Source: Moniliella sp. 'wahieum' (lineage: Eukaryota). Taken from it: a stretch of DNA of 64,000 nucleotides. The notes beneath the pieces were generated by a model that did not search any database, was not told the origin of the DNA, and saw only the letters and a program-made list of their open reading frames with translations. Below are positions 26,401 to 39,746 of the stretch, piece after piece. The translations under genes were made by a program, and so were the position numbers. Numbering within the stretch: the stretch's first letter is position 1; each line of letters starts with the position of its first letter. The DNA lies in NCBI GenBank assembly GCA_003971905.1, contig RSEE01000010.1:558001-622000 (forward strand), written 5' to 3'.

Positions 26401-27798
26401 GCTGCTCCACATCATCCTCACAATGGGCAACTTCCTCAACGCCACCGGAATGCAGGGGGGTGCGTTTGGGTTCAAGATTTCGTCCATCAACAAACTGGTG
26501 GATACCAAGGCTGCTGATGGCGCAACCTTGCTTCACTTTGTCGAACGCTCCGTGCACCAATGTTTCCCAGAGACCCAAGCCTTCCTCACTGAGCTCGAGG
26601 CGCCGGCCGAGCGTGCCGAGGTATGTCCTCCTCCCTTTGCGTGTTGTTCTTGCCTGCCTAACTTGCTCCCGTTTTTTCCAGTACAATTGCTTGACCTAAA
26701 GCGCGAGCTGGCCGAGCTCAAGTCGGGCAGCTACCAGCACAAGCGTGAGCTGGACCGCATCTTGATGGAACAGAACGAGACGGTGGCCGATCCCTATGCA
26801 CGGCTGATGCTTCCCTTCCTGCAGACTGCGTCCGAAGAGCTGAGCCGGCTGAGCGATCAAGTGCAGAAATCCGAACGAATCTATGCCGACGTTTTGCGCT
26901 TTTACGGCGAGGGTCCGGACCCGCGTCGGCGGGGCTTCCCGGCGCAGCAACTGCTTCGCACCGAGGACTTTTTCGGTATTTTCCGCGAATTTGTTGTCTC
27001 GTACCGCAAAGCGCAGAAGGAAAATGCGCTTCTCAGCGAGCAGCGGGAGCTCGAGGTCAAGCGTCGTGCCTTGGCCGAAGAAAGAGAAAAGGAACGTCAA
27101 CTCGCTCTGCAACGCAAGCAAACCGCCTCGCCAGATGATGGGCAGTTGCTCGAGACGCTCTTGGGTCATTTGCGCGAGACGGGCGGGCCTACTGGTCGTC
27201 ACCGACGCAAGAACCGCCGGCACCCTTCCTCCAACCGGTCGATTGCGTCGAGTCTGTCGGGCGAAGCGTTTTCCGACCCAACCGCTCCTCCGGTGCCCGA
27301 ACCGTCCCCGCCCATGCCAGTGGGCGTCACAGCCCCCGTCCCTGCTGCACCTACCATGCCGGGGGCCAATGTCAACCGTCAGTCCACATCGGTCTTGGCC
27401 GAAACGCTCTTGGCCCAACTGCAAGGCGAGCCCCCCCTCCGACCCCCGCCTCCGGGGCGGCACCAGAGGAGGGCACAGAACGCACCACGCGTCGGCGGAT
27501 GCGGCCGCGGCACAAGCGTACGATTGTTGCCGAGGCTGAAGAGGACACGCCAGAGGTGCTGGATACTGTGCAGGACTCCGAGTTGGCCCACTCGCCTCCG
27601 GCTCCGCCAGCATCCGCCGCCTCGGCAGCTGAAATACCGCTTGTCCCCTCCCCCACTTCGCCCCCGCTAGCCCCCTCGACTTCGGCCGCCACTTTCTTGT
27701 CTGCCCACTCGCTCTCCACTGAGCCTGGCTCGACGGCAGAACCCTCCGCTTCGCCGCACAACGAGCCCGTTCCGTTGCCCCCCGCGGCAATGGAGTAG
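20486..27798 (+). CDS. Formin (SepA/Bni1-like: GBD-FH3, coiled coil, poly-Pro FH1, FH2); several introns and indels
   Basis: VERMFEELV..MSTDNKWTLVYND; LAVTLRTCAMGWIEEFVHAEG; GRFDAWMTVLERTIDGRGKMGSLVGAS; poly-Pro at 25390-25520; MKQLQWDKL; LTMGNFLNATGMQGGAFGFKISSINKLVDTK..TLLHF; EDFFGIFREFVVSYRKA. Confidence 0.92.
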
Positions 27799-28286
27799 AC
27801 TCTGCTGTTCACTTGCTCTCCCCCCTCCACCCCCCACCTTCTCCACCCTTGAATTTTCTGTGCGACTTGTTTTTTGTAGCGTGTCTTGAGCATTGGCGCA
27901 GATTCCCATGTACGACCACGAACAACGTTCATTACGCACCGCCTCTTTTGTCCCCGCGGGGGGAAGCCATTCTGTCGCTGGTATATACAGGACCTGATTA
28001 ATGATTAGGCACCCCAATGGACAGCGGAGATCGAGGTGGTTAGATCGCACGTGACCGCCACGTGACGTGGGATGGGATGGAGGCTGGGTGATGGATGATG
28101 TCTAAGATCTGAGCCCGGGTGCTGCTGGGAGGAGCGGAGGAGGATCGACGGCCGAGACGCCTCCGGGACGGACAGCCCCACTGCGCATCTCAAGACGCAC
28201 TGCTCTCCCCCCCACCGCCCGCCCCCTCCACACCTCTCCGCCCCCTCCGCCCCCGCGTCGGCAGCAGTGCTGCCTCTCTGGCCGCC

Positions 28287-30331
28287 ATGCCTCTCTTCCC
28301 CGCCGTCGCCGCCTTCTTCGGCGTGCCCCCCCCGCCTGCCCCTGCCGAGCGCACGCCTACCGACTGGGGCGGTGGTTGACGCCTCCTGGCGCCTCCCCTT
28401 TGCCAACCCCAGCCCCCCCCGACTCCCTCCACCTCCACCTCCGCCATTCCTGCCGCAGCGCCGAGGTCCCCGCCAGGCCAAGATGCCGCGTACCCCCGTC
28501 TGGCTCCCACGTGGGCACGCATCCGCACGTGGTGCCGTCACCAATTCCCCGAGATTGCCGACACTCTCAATTTGCCCGCATCGTCCGAGGTGATCCACGA
28601 GTTTGAGCGCCGCCTCGGCCGCCGCCTGCCCGCCGCGGTGCTAGAGAGCTTTGCCTTGGTCAACGGACAGGAGAACGAATCGCTGTCGGATGCTGCCTTG
28701 GCCCGCTCCCGTGCCGGACTGGTGCTGGGGTTGCCCCTGCTCTCCATCGAGGAGGCTATGGCCGAATGGTCGTATTGGCGCCAGGTGGACTCGGATCCTT
28801 CCTCGGGCTCCAATGCCCAAGTGAAAGCGAATATGGCCTCTTGTCCCGATGGCTGGGTCGCACCGCAGTACAGCAACCCGGCCTGGGTTCCTCTTGTGAC
28901 CGACCGAATGGGCAACTACATTGGTGTCGATCTGAGCCCGCCGAGCGTGGATTCCGCCGGAAGGAATGGGAATCGACTAGCCAATGCGATGGCCAGTACG
29001 TCGATCGTTGACTTTGGTCCTTTTCCCGGGCCATCGCTTCTTCCTCCGCCTCGCCTCTCAGGGGAATCGGTACCTCACGCGAAAGTTTCCCAACACCTGG
29101 AACGCTGAATGCTGTTCCGAGTCCCGCCCAAGCCCCTCCTCTTCCACAGTGTTCACCTTCGTATTCCTCCCAAGGTCATGGGGAGGCAGGGCAAGTCATC
29201 ATTTTTGGTCGGGATTTTGACACCAAGGTTGTCCTCCACCCAGGCAGCGGCAAAGGCGGTTGGGCTACCTTTCTTGCCTTCCTCGCCGACACGCTGGACC
29301 GCGGAGTGTTCTTCACCCTGGATGACGAGTTGAGTGAGAACAGCGATGAGGAAGACTACATTGGGTATGAGAACTACTTTGGAAGTACGACGGGCTCCAG
29401 TGCTGTTGGGGGCGGATTGGCCAGTGCCCATTTAGGAGGGTATGGGTTCCGTCTCCGCAAGCCGTACAAGGGGGTCAGTGTTCTGGAGGCGCTGGCGGAC
29501 CAAAGTGCACGCCAATGGGAAGAAGAAGGGTATTTCCGCGGCCTATCTACGGCTGAGCTAGAGTGGCGTCAAGCTGAAGCTGCCGAGAACGAGCCCGACG
29601 AGAACAACGAATTCGATTTCCCCCACTCTTCCAGTGACGACATTGGGGACCATCGAGAAGATATCCTCGTTGACACGCCGTATGGGATGCGAGTCCCGTT
29701 TCTGCCGCCGCCTCCACTTCGTCTGCGGCTAGAAACAACTTGTCTGACGCAACTGCTTTTGATCACCCTCTTTCCCCTCGGAGCGAAGCGGGGATGGTGG
29801 ACGGTGTCCCTACCACCAGATCCTCTTCCTCGGCCGACTCGGGTACTGCAACACCCCCGCTGCGGCGCAAGCCTCCGCCGCCTCAGTCCGCCGATTTGAT
29901 GGCCTTGCCTACCATTGAGGACGTGCAGGCGGTACGAGAGGAAGTGCTGCAAGATGCATAGGCCACGATTACCACAACATGACATCTGCCGCGGAGCGCA
30001 AAAAGACGCGGCCCAGCAATGTGTTCAAGTCGATCCCCTTTGGTTGGTCATCCGCGGGACCCCCGCCCGAGCCCGACATTGAAGCCGACTTGCCCACGAA
30101 CCGTGCCGCCCCGTCACTGGGGCTGACTAGCCCCACCTCAACATTGGCGCCTCCAGATTCCCCACTAGAGTCGCGAACGACCCTCTCTCCCAAACTGACG
30201 CCCGATCAGGCATATCGCTCCCTTTGGATGCAAGTCCGGGTCAAACGCCTAATGGAAGCAGCCACGACCTGCGACCTACTGGACCCCCGATGCACCTCCC
30301 TCTCCACCCCCCTGCCCAGAGCGCACAGTAA
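28287..30331 (+). CDS. SMI1: SMI1/KNR4 family glucan synthesis/cell wall assembly regulator; 3' end approximate
   Basis: LPASSEVIHEFERRLGRRLPAAVLESFALVNGQE..GLVLGLPLLSIEEAMAEWSYWRQV..YSNPAWVPLVTDRMGNYIGVDLSP..GQVIIFGRDFDTKVV..GGWATFLA. Confidence 0.88.
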
Positions 30332-31995
30332 GTGCCAAGGGAAATCGGCAACTCGCTGTACTTCATGGGTTGGTGGATGCACATCTTCTCCTTCCCTTGT
30401 CCACCTCGGTGTCGGTCGGGCGTAGCCCCACCTGTCTATGCTCTTTCACGCGTGTTCTTTCCCTCGTCTGGTTCTGGCTTTGCAACCTGCGCACCCAACC
30501 TCATTTTGCGTCGGGCCAAGGCGGCTGGCCAGAAGGATGCTAGGGCGGGACAAATGTGTCTGCCTGCCGTTCGGGGCCCACTGCTACTACTTCAGAGGAA
30601 GAAAGGAGGAAGGGCACAGCAGTGAGCTCAGCCTGAGCATTCGCCATTCTTTTTTCATCCCCCTCCTCCATTGTAAGATGTCCATGGCCCTTGCTTTCTT
30701 GTGTGCGCAGCTTGGGTCTACTGATGTATTGGGCGTGGCTAGCCGTCACTGTATTATGTTCCACCACAATCCCCTCTCCCACCCCCTCTTTAGCCCTCGT
30801 GCCCTCCACTGCGGTGGACCGAGCGCATAACATGGAAAGCGTCTTGTGTATCCTCTCTTTCCCGCTCGCAGGCTTGAGCACCTGGACGCCTAGCTGAACG
30901 CTGTATCCCTGGTCTCCTTCCGGACGTTGAATAACGTTTCTTGTGTCTGTGCTCGTGGAGCACCCGGTGGGGGCAAGAGCTGGTAGATAGACAAGGACTG
31001 GCTTATCGTAGCTTGATAGCTTGATCCTCTCCTAGATGGTGGTGGCACAAAACGTGGCTCTAAGCATCACTCTCTGTCTCTGTAGTTTTGTGATGATGGC
31101 GGGCCTACGTGCCAGGCCTACACCCTCCTGCACCGCCTCTCTCCTACTTGGTTGCGAATCTGGCTTGCTCCCGCCGTTCATCCCCACCCCGCGCAACCAC
31201 TGGCCCCTCCTATTATGCCTCTTGCGGGGGGCAAGTCAAACGTATACTGGCTGGGATTGAGCAAGGCGGCTGCAAGGGGGATCAGCAGCGTCCCCAATCC
31301 AGGGGCGCTGCTTGGCACGCGCGCATGCTGCCACCTACACCGACGCAGGACGTGGAACCACGGCAGGACTAAGCGCACGAAACTAGCTTGATGACCGACA
31401 GCTGAGAGACCCACCGAGGAACGCCCCGCTGCTCTCGTTCCCCCTCTCTCTCTCCCATTCTCCCTCGCCCCCCTCTCCTGGCAGCTGACACTACGAGCCG
31501 GAGGCAAGGAGACATGCATGGTGCCCTCAGGCCTCCGGCCCAACGTATCGTCCTCGCCGGCGCGTACGCAAAACAGCCAGCAGGACGGGGCACTGCGGAG
31601 AGCGTGGCCACCGAAACTCCTACCGGGACACTATGAAAGAAAACGGCGTAGCCCCCGTTCCAGCCTTGGGTCGCGCGCTGGGAATTGCCAGCCCGTCCCC
31701 GTCAACCCAGAGAATGCCCCAGGCAACTGCCCACGCACTCGCCCAGCACAGATCGGGCAAATATCATGTGTGTATCATATACGCCGGACGGACCCAGCCC
31801 ATACAAAAGGCCTTGCGCATTGATCATCGATCATCCCAGCCCCGAAGACGACCAAGCTGGTGAGATCAAAGAAACGGAATGGGACCAAAGGCGCGCGTGT
31901 GCGCTCGGCAGACCAACCCAGGCACAACCAACCATGGCTGGCTGAGCTGCTGCCAGCGGTTCACAACCAAAAACAAAACACAGAACAGAACAAGC

Positions 31996-34451
31996 TTACA
32001 GCTTGGGTTTTGGTGCTTCCGACGTTTCTGCTGAGCCCGCGGGCGGATGGATGGGCTCGTCATGAAGGAGAATGACATTGACCGTCATATCGTCCCGATA
32101 GCGACGCGATTCGGGCGATGGAATGGCCAAAAGTCCCGCCACACGATCCCGGTTCCCGCCGCCCAACGCGTTGCGAATCAAATGGGTCGACAGATTCTCA
32201 TCAGCAAAGGTAAAAATCTGTTCGCCCTTGGCCGCCGGGGTCAAAGGGTTGTCCCCCTCCTTGGCTGGCACAGGCGATGCAGCGTCGGACAAGGCGAGCG
32301 CATGCGGTGCCCCATCGAGCACTTGGGCCAGCAGCGCGTCCGCACGCACGTCACCCTTTAAGCCGGCAAGATGACCGGCCACCAGGCCCCCACCTCTTCG
32401 TTCGGCAGCATGTCCCACAGCCCATCGGTAGCCATGACGATGAAGCGAAGCTGCTTGCCCGCTTGAGGCGATCCGGGCGACCGTATCGGGGCGGCACCGG
32501 AAGATAAGGGCGCCAGTCGCCGAACCTGGACCAAGGCTCCGGAGTGACATAGGGCGGCGTCCGCAGCAGCCGAGGAATCCGACGCGCACCCGCCACCCCA
32601 CCGGGACAACGCGTCGTACAGTCGCTCCTGCAGCGAGCGGTCCCACTTGTACACCGCGTCTCCAAACGCACGAGTCGGCTCCAGACCACCGAGGACGCGA
32701 CCACGCATGATTACCTGGTCTGCCTCTTGCGGCGGGTGCTCGGACCGCATCCGTGCCACCTCGTCGAGGTTCCGTCCCGTCTGGTCGGTAGAGAGGGGCT
32801 CAAACGTCCATACACCTGCTTTGGCATCCCAGAATCCCCCCACGGCCCGACTATCGCCCGTGCACGCCACATACACGTCCCCCCGCGCACTGTCAATGTA
32901 GGTGAGAAGGGCGCACGAACCGTGCATGGCCGGGCGCAGTGCGGCGTAGGCCGCCTTCTGGCGCGCATCCAGGGACGGACCTTCGGCAGCCTCGTTCGGA
33001 CGCGAGTTGAACAAGGTTTTGATCCCCTTGTCCCCGCTGCGCTTGCCCCGGCATCGGGAGCTGGGGCCGACGAGCTGGCAGACGACCCTGCCTTGCGGAA
33101 GCGAAGCACTGGGCAACGCCGCCAGCGAGATTTCGTACTCGTGCAGCAACTCGACTGGCGTGGCGCAAATTCCTTGTCCAAATTGGAAAAGGCCGTGCGC
33201 AAAGCGCGTTCCACCAAGTCCGGGTCGATTCGGGCGTGGCAGGCGGAGCAGCGCTGGCGGACGGGGCGAACGGGCCCAACAGCCCCCCAACGACAACCAT
33301 GATCCGCTTGCTGCTTTTGCGACGCCACCTGCGCATACTCGGCCGCTTGGCGGAACAGCTTGTCGAGCTCGAGCGCGACAAACGGAATCAGTTTCTGCGC
33401 TAGGAGCGTCGATGTGGCCGCGCCCGCATGACCATCCATCACGCAAAGAAACACAGGTCGCCCTTGTCACTTTGCGAGCCAGGCGTAGGCCAGTCGCGCT
33501 CCACAATCACTTCGGCCCGCTTATCTTCGCACGGGGAATTGGAAGCGACCGAGTTGGTATCGAACCGAGCCACCCGGCATGCGCCAGGGGGACGATCCAC
33601 GCGCGTGGACCGTTCGTGGGCACGAAGCACACTGTCCACCTCATCGGACGCAAGCGCAGTACGACCTTGTACCCGCCGCCTTGGGCCTTGGAGCGCACGG
33701 AAAAAGTGGCCGGGGCAGAGGTGCGAGACCGCGTGCGCCCTCCTTGGGCGTAGGGTCCGTGTAGAGGTACCAACCTCCCAACGTCACGCACCCGGCCACG
33801 GCGGCATACGCGGGCCAGTGCATCCGCAGATGCTCTTTGAGCACCGAAGGCGGGGGCGTCTTGCCGGTCGAGAAGGGACGGTGTTGGAGCGCGGGCGAAC
33901 GAAGCAGAGCAGCAGGCAGCTCGGGGGCAAAGGGAGGGAGGGACAAGGAAGATACGTGGGCCAACCGGCTCGCCATGTATGCCGGCGTGCCGACGGAGCG
34001 GGACGCGACCGCCGGGACTCGGCGCACACCGCGCCGCACGGGCGCAAGGGCAGCAGCAGGCTCGTCCGCGGCCGAGTCGGACCCGGACGAATCGTCGTTG
34101 AGCCAGGCAGAGGAAGGAGGAGGTGCGGGTGGCACTGGATCCGCCCACGCCGGCCGAGTGGCCAGAGTGATACGCGCCGCGGAGGGAGCGGCTGCTGTGG
34201 CTGTGGCTATGGCTGTGGCCGTGGGTGTGGCTGTGGGACTTGGCGCGGGGGTCGGGATGGGCGGAGGCGGCGCGGCGGCTGGCAGCACCGGGGGCAGCGC
34301 CGGGAGCACCGCCGGGAGCGCCGAGGGCGGACCAGCGTGCGGACGACGGGAGTGCACCTGCCTGGCTGGCGCGCGCAGACACACGCAGGCGGAGGGCGGC
34401 GCGCGCAGCAGCAGCGGCAGGCCGCAACGCAGCGGCGCGGTGGGGCAGCAT
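31996..34451 (-). CDS. PTC5: PP2C phosphatase, mitochondrial pyruvate dehydrogenase phosphatase type; start uncertain (34451 or 33976)
   Basis: RFDTNSVASNSPCEDK; VMDGHAG; GSCALL..YVACTGDSRAVGG..LSTDQTGRN..RVLGGLEPTRAFGDAVYKW; FIVMATDGLWD; DENLSTHLIRNALGG..SRRYRDDMTVNVI; Arg/Ala-rich N-terminus. Confidence 0.9.
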
Positions 34452-34600
34452 GGGCGGCGCGGCTCGGCGGGCTAAGCAGCGGGCGGAGGGCTGGGCAACG
34501 CGACGAGAGCGGTGTTGCCGAGAGCAGAACGGGCCCAGCAAATGCATCTACCCGTGCTCAGCGGCCCAGCGCAGGGGCAGCCCCGGCCGCACCTGCCCGC

Positions 34601-36696
34601 ATGCGTCCCCGCCCTCCGCCGTCTCCGTGCATGCCCAACGTCATCGATCACCCACCAGCCGCCGTCCCTCAGCCGTTGCCTCGCCCGCCATTCCGCCCCT
34701 GGGGGCCGGGCGCGGAAGGGGCGGGCGAGGTGCAGCCCCCGCGTCTCTCCCCGTCCAGACGGGCGGCGGTCCGCATCGAGTGAAATGTTCAGCGCGCCTG
34801 GCCCTCGCTGCGCCACCGTCTGGCCGGTGTTTGTGAGGCACAAGGCATGGTGCATGCATGCCCCCAGCCACCCCCACCCGCTTGGCCGCGCGTCTGTCTT
34901 CCATCCCGAGAGCGGCCATCTGCTGCGTACGCCCATGGAGGATCCCGGGACATTGATCCGTTGCTGGCCCCGCTGGTGCCCTATCAGGGTGCCCGCTGGA
35001 TGCGCCACCGTGGCCCCGTCGCTGGTCGGCCCCATGCGCTCTTCCCAGCTGCGCTGGCGCTGCTGGCGGCGAGCATGGCACTCGCATGTGCATCCGCTTG
35101 GGGGTCGACTCCCGCCAGCCCCGCTAGGCTACAATCCACGTCCTGGGCGTATGGGACCACCGCTCTTGTTGCCTCGGTCTTCTGATCGGGGCCCTGACGT
35201 CGCGGCCACAGTGGAAGGATGGGCTAGTTTGGACGGCAGCCCGCTTGCTCGTTCCATACATGCTCCTCGCACCCCCTGCTTCAGCTCCGGGGACGGATGA
35301 GACTCCTCCATCGTTGCCATTTTCTAATGAAGGTCATTTCCCTTGGTATGCATTGATCGCCCTCCTTGCCCTAGGGCTGGACACTCTGCACATGGTGGCC
35401 ATCGCCATCGCACCATCCCCCAGTCCTCGCATGGTCCTCTCCTCCACCTTGGCCACCGCGTCGATCATTCTGGCCTGGGGCAACCTTGCACTTCAAACGT
35501 CGTCGGTTGTTTCGTTGCTGCTGCTGAGTTGGTACGCAGGCACCCTAGCATTGCTTTATTTCACTCTTCTTGCCCTCGCGGCCAGGTGGGCAGCGTACCA
35601 ATTGGTTGGTACCCCTGCGCCCGTTCTCACAACCACGCATCACCCCGACACCGACTTGACCTCAATGTCATTTTCAGGCCTGGTGGCGTACGTCGTGTTC
35701 CACTTGATGGCACGGCTTGGGCCCATCACCACAATTGACGAATCAGACCACCAAGTCGATCCCGGCGAGGGATTCAGCACCTTGGTCCACCTGGGGACTG
35801 CCAACCCATCAGAAGGCGCGGATTCCCCCTCACACTCTGTTTCTGAGTTGGGGGTGACCCGCCATGCGGAGGTGAACCCTGCCACCCCTTTGTCTGGCTC
35901 GGATGCAGCGGAAGGCTTCGGGATCGAGGTGCGCCAGGTGACCGTCACACCTCCTTCACCCGCTCAACCTGACACAAGCGCAGCCGAGGCTTGCTTTGAC
36001 TGGGATGCAAGCATTACTACGCTCATTTTACTGCGGAGAATGTACATCGCGGCCGGTACGCAGCTCGGACGTATGTATTTGGCTTTCACTTGGCTCCTAG
36101 TCGGACGCAGGCGAGCTCCCCTGCGCCCTATGCCTGTCCGATCCCCACCCTCCTCGAATGCGTCAAGAGACCAACACAAACTTCTCGTATCCCTCGCCAT
36201 GGTAGAGGAGGAAGAAACATGGTGCTCGCTCCCCTCTCCGCCTTTACTGGCCAAAGTGGAGCACGGTCTCCGGCTCTTTTGGCATGGTCGGTTGGGAGAG
36301 ACATCACACCAGCTACGTATGATGGAGGAACATCGACTGCGCACGCAATTCAAGCAACAGATTCTCTCTTCCCTCGAACAGTTGGAAGGGGGGCACATTC
36401 AAACCCCATCAACCGCATCAATGGCAGAGACCTCCCCCGTGGCCGCCCCTGACCTTACCACCCCTTCAAGCGGGCTGGGGGTTGAAGATGTTCCGGCACG
36501 AGGAGAACATGGCATGTACTGTGTGGTATGCTATGCCTCCCCACGGAGCGTCATTCTGTGGCCTTGTCGGTGCGTCAACCTCTGCGAAGGGTGCCGTATC
36601 GCCCTGGCAGTGAGGACCGATGCGGCGAACCAAAAGGCGCTGTGCCCGACGTGCCGCACCCCAGTGCGTGGATTCAGTCGGTTGTTCTTTCCATAA
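34601..36696 (+). CDS. Membrane-anchored RING E3 ubiquitin ligase, Asi1/Asi3-like; start uncertain
   Basis: Several hydrophobic helices and a C-terminal RING CVVCYASPRSVILWPCRCVNLCEGCRIALA..CPTCRTPVRGFSRLF. The LWPCRC..CE.CR motif is typical of Asi-family ligases. Confidence 0.7.
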
Positions 36697-37464
36697 AGAG
36701 ATATCCATTGTATATTATTTGTCCTCATTGGCAAACACCCTCTTCTGGACGTGCGGAATGGGTAAACTCTATCGCCCTCTGACCTGTCCAACCTCCCCAG
36801 GCCACGCAACAACGATGTGCATACAAAAAGCAGAGCATATATGGGAGGGAGGCTCTTTTCGTTCAAGGGGGTAATCTGCTACTCCTGACTATAGAATACG
36901 GTCGAATTGTTTCCCGGCCGACGCCCTGGTGACTGGAGGAGAGAGCCGTGTTCTGGCACACCCAAGGGCAAGCCTTCTCATCCACTCGCTTCAGCGCAAG
37001 GTGCCAAGTATATATATCGCCCCCATTGCCAAAACTGATACCGCAACAGGGCACGATACATAGAGCGGGGGACAACGAGCAACTCGGGCGTGCCGAGGTG
37101 CCAGACAAAAGTGCAATGCGTCGGTAGTACAGAAGAACTGCTGTGCCGGACCGAACGGTGAAACGTCAAAACGGGGCGCCGGGTAAAAGGCGCTGGAAGA
37201 ACGGAGGGTTAATTGATCGAGACTCGATAATGGGCGATAATCCGACAATTCCGCAACCGCATTCGCATGCGTCTGACATGGTCTCTCCTCCGACCATATC
37301 ACTGCCATTAGTCACTAGTCACTAGTCACCAGTCACGGCATGCTCATCCATATTTCCTCTGTGAGCCATCCATTTCTTCCACCCCATCCATTGGTATTCT
37401 TCGCCAGAAGCGCGACTGCCTCTCATCCCTCCGTGATCGGTTAACGCCATCGATCCATTTGCCC

Positions 37465-39000
37465 ATGCCGCCCCGCTACGCCCTCAACCCACTCGTCGTC
37501 GAAGGCACGATCGAGCCGCCAGTCAGCGTCGCGCGCAGTTGGGTCTATCCCCGCCCTGGCGCGCCCCAACCGCAGCGCCCGCTCATCAACCTCAGCCAAG
37601 GCGTCCCTGGTGTCGCTCCTCCAGCCTCTTTTGTTGCCCGTTTACAGCGTGAGCCCGTCGACTGGGGCTATGGCGACAATTTTGGTGCCCCTCTGCTGCG
37701 GCAGGCGCTGGCACGCGACCTGAACCATGTCTACCGCCCACACCCCGTGTCGATGCCAAGCAAGCCATCAAGGTCGAGGACATCTGCATCACCGCCGGCT
37801 CCAATTTAGCCTTTGCCACAATTGCTCAGGTCCTGGCTGCCCGCGGCGACGGCATCCTTCTGCCCACGCCCTGGTACTTCAACCACTACATGACGTTGAC
37901 TGCCTTAGGGATTGCCGCCATTCCCGTGGCTACCCATGCGCCCGGTTTCGAGGTCGACCCGCTGCGGTCAAGCAGCCTTGGCAGCCGCCCGTGCTAAGGG
38001 TACGACGCCCAAGGCGCTGGTGATTGTTACTCCTAACAATCCCACCGGTGCGGTGTATCCCGCCTCGCTTCTCGCCCAACTCGCTCTGTTGGCCCGGGAG
38101 GAAGAGATCGCTCTTGTGCTGGATGAAACCTACAAGGATTTCCTCCTGGCCCCACAAGTGGGAGAGGGGCAGCGTCACCGTGCTACCCCACACACCCTGT
38201 TTGAAGATACATTGCCGGATCAAGGGCCGGCCGGATGGGATTGGCGAGAGAGTACGTTTTGGTTTGGATTTTCTTGCTTGTTGTCCCTGCTACTGACCTG
38301 GATCGGCAGCGGTGGTCCAGCTGATCTCCTTTAGCAAGTCGTTTGCCATCCCTGGCCATCGGCTGGGTGCGTTGGTAGCCCACCCTTCACTCATGGCCAC
38401 CGTCGACCGCCCCATCGATCCTAACCAGGACATTCTTTCGCCCGAGCAGCAATCCACCATCCTCACCTACGGTCCCGTGGCCAAGGTGGTGGATGACCTG
38501 CAAATCTGTCCGCCCGTCGGATCGACGCAGGATGTTGTGGCCTGGGCGCTGGCCGACCCGGAGCTGATTCGGTGGCGGGCCGAGGAGGCAGCCGCGATCC
38601 AGGTGCGGCGAGAGACGTTTGCGGATGCCCTGGCCAAGCTGGAGGTGCATTCGACCCAAGCGAAATGGGCAGTCGAGTCGTCGGGCGGGTACTACGCCTA
38701 TGTGCGTCACCCTTGGGCCCAGTACCTTGACTCGGAATCGGTGGCAAGGGCACTAGCCACCCTGGTCGGCGTCAAGACTCTACCGGGCGCCTTTTTCATG
38801 CCCCCGGCGGCAGGCGAGGCCCCCCTCTGGCCCCGGGGGGTAAACCGGTGCTGCGCAAGGACTGGACAGAGGATGATCCGAAGGATCGTCTGCGCTTTTC
38901 GGTAGCCAATGTGGATCTGGCCACACTGCAGGAAGTGCCATCGCGCTTGGTGCTTTTGGACCAGCTGTGGACTGAGAAGGGGATTGGCTTTGGCCTCTAA
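37465..39000 (+). CDS. PLP-dependent class I/II aminotransferase; intron ~38252-38308; indels
   Basis: PLINLSQGVPG; DICITAGSNLAF; PWYFNHYM; VTPNNPTGAVYP; LVLDETYKDF; SFSKSFAIPGHRLG (PLP lysine); GGYYAYVRHP; LRFSVAN. Confidence 0.9.
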
Positions 39001-39746
39001 TCTTTCCCTGTTGGTGGCGTTCATTACAATTGCTCTTCAAGCGCCAACCCTGTCAGTCTATCAGCGCCACCGAAAGTATGTGATAAGCAGCACATCGCGG
39101 TCGTTCCATCTGTAAAGAGGATTGGGAGACGTGGAGGTAGACGGTAAGACAGAGAACCGCAATTCAGACCGGAAATGATCATTAGCGAAACAAAGTAGCT
39201 GGAATCCCATTGGTCTATAATATAAGAGTGAAGTCATCACTGCTTGACACTCAATGTCAGCCCCGTCAGGGAGAGGCCAGCCTTAGCGCCAAAGATAAAT
39301 GGCAGAAGTACAGCGCGCACAGTAGGGTAACGCCCACGACGGCTTTACACGCAGGACGAGTGGCATTGGTCAGGAGCAAGCATGACACCTAAGACTTGAA
39401 GTGGTTCTGACTGTACAGCCACCATATGCAAGGCATCATGGATAAATACTGCGCAACAGCACGATATAAGTTGAGGTCTTGTCGGTTCCAGGTAGACTTT
39501 GTCACTTGTGATGAACCGCCAATGAAGGTGATGGTGCTTTGGAAGCCATAGAGACACCCGGCCACAACCTCAAGAATCCGGCATGTTCCAGTTCTGGAGC
39601 AAATTCTGTTTCCAAGATGGCTGTATTGAAATGGCTATGAAATGATGAGTTGAGGAAGGAACTGCCATACACGCCGCAGGTCCGCCACCCACGCACCCAG
39701 CTCAGTTGCCCTGATTCGCAAGCCGGTCGACATATGGATCATATCG

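Noticed and set aside
30400..31990. Possible small gene(s) between SMI1 and PTC5 (likewise 1640-2400, 11700-12900, 57300-57660)
   Set aside because: Short ORFs with no recognisable motif or consistent splice structure.
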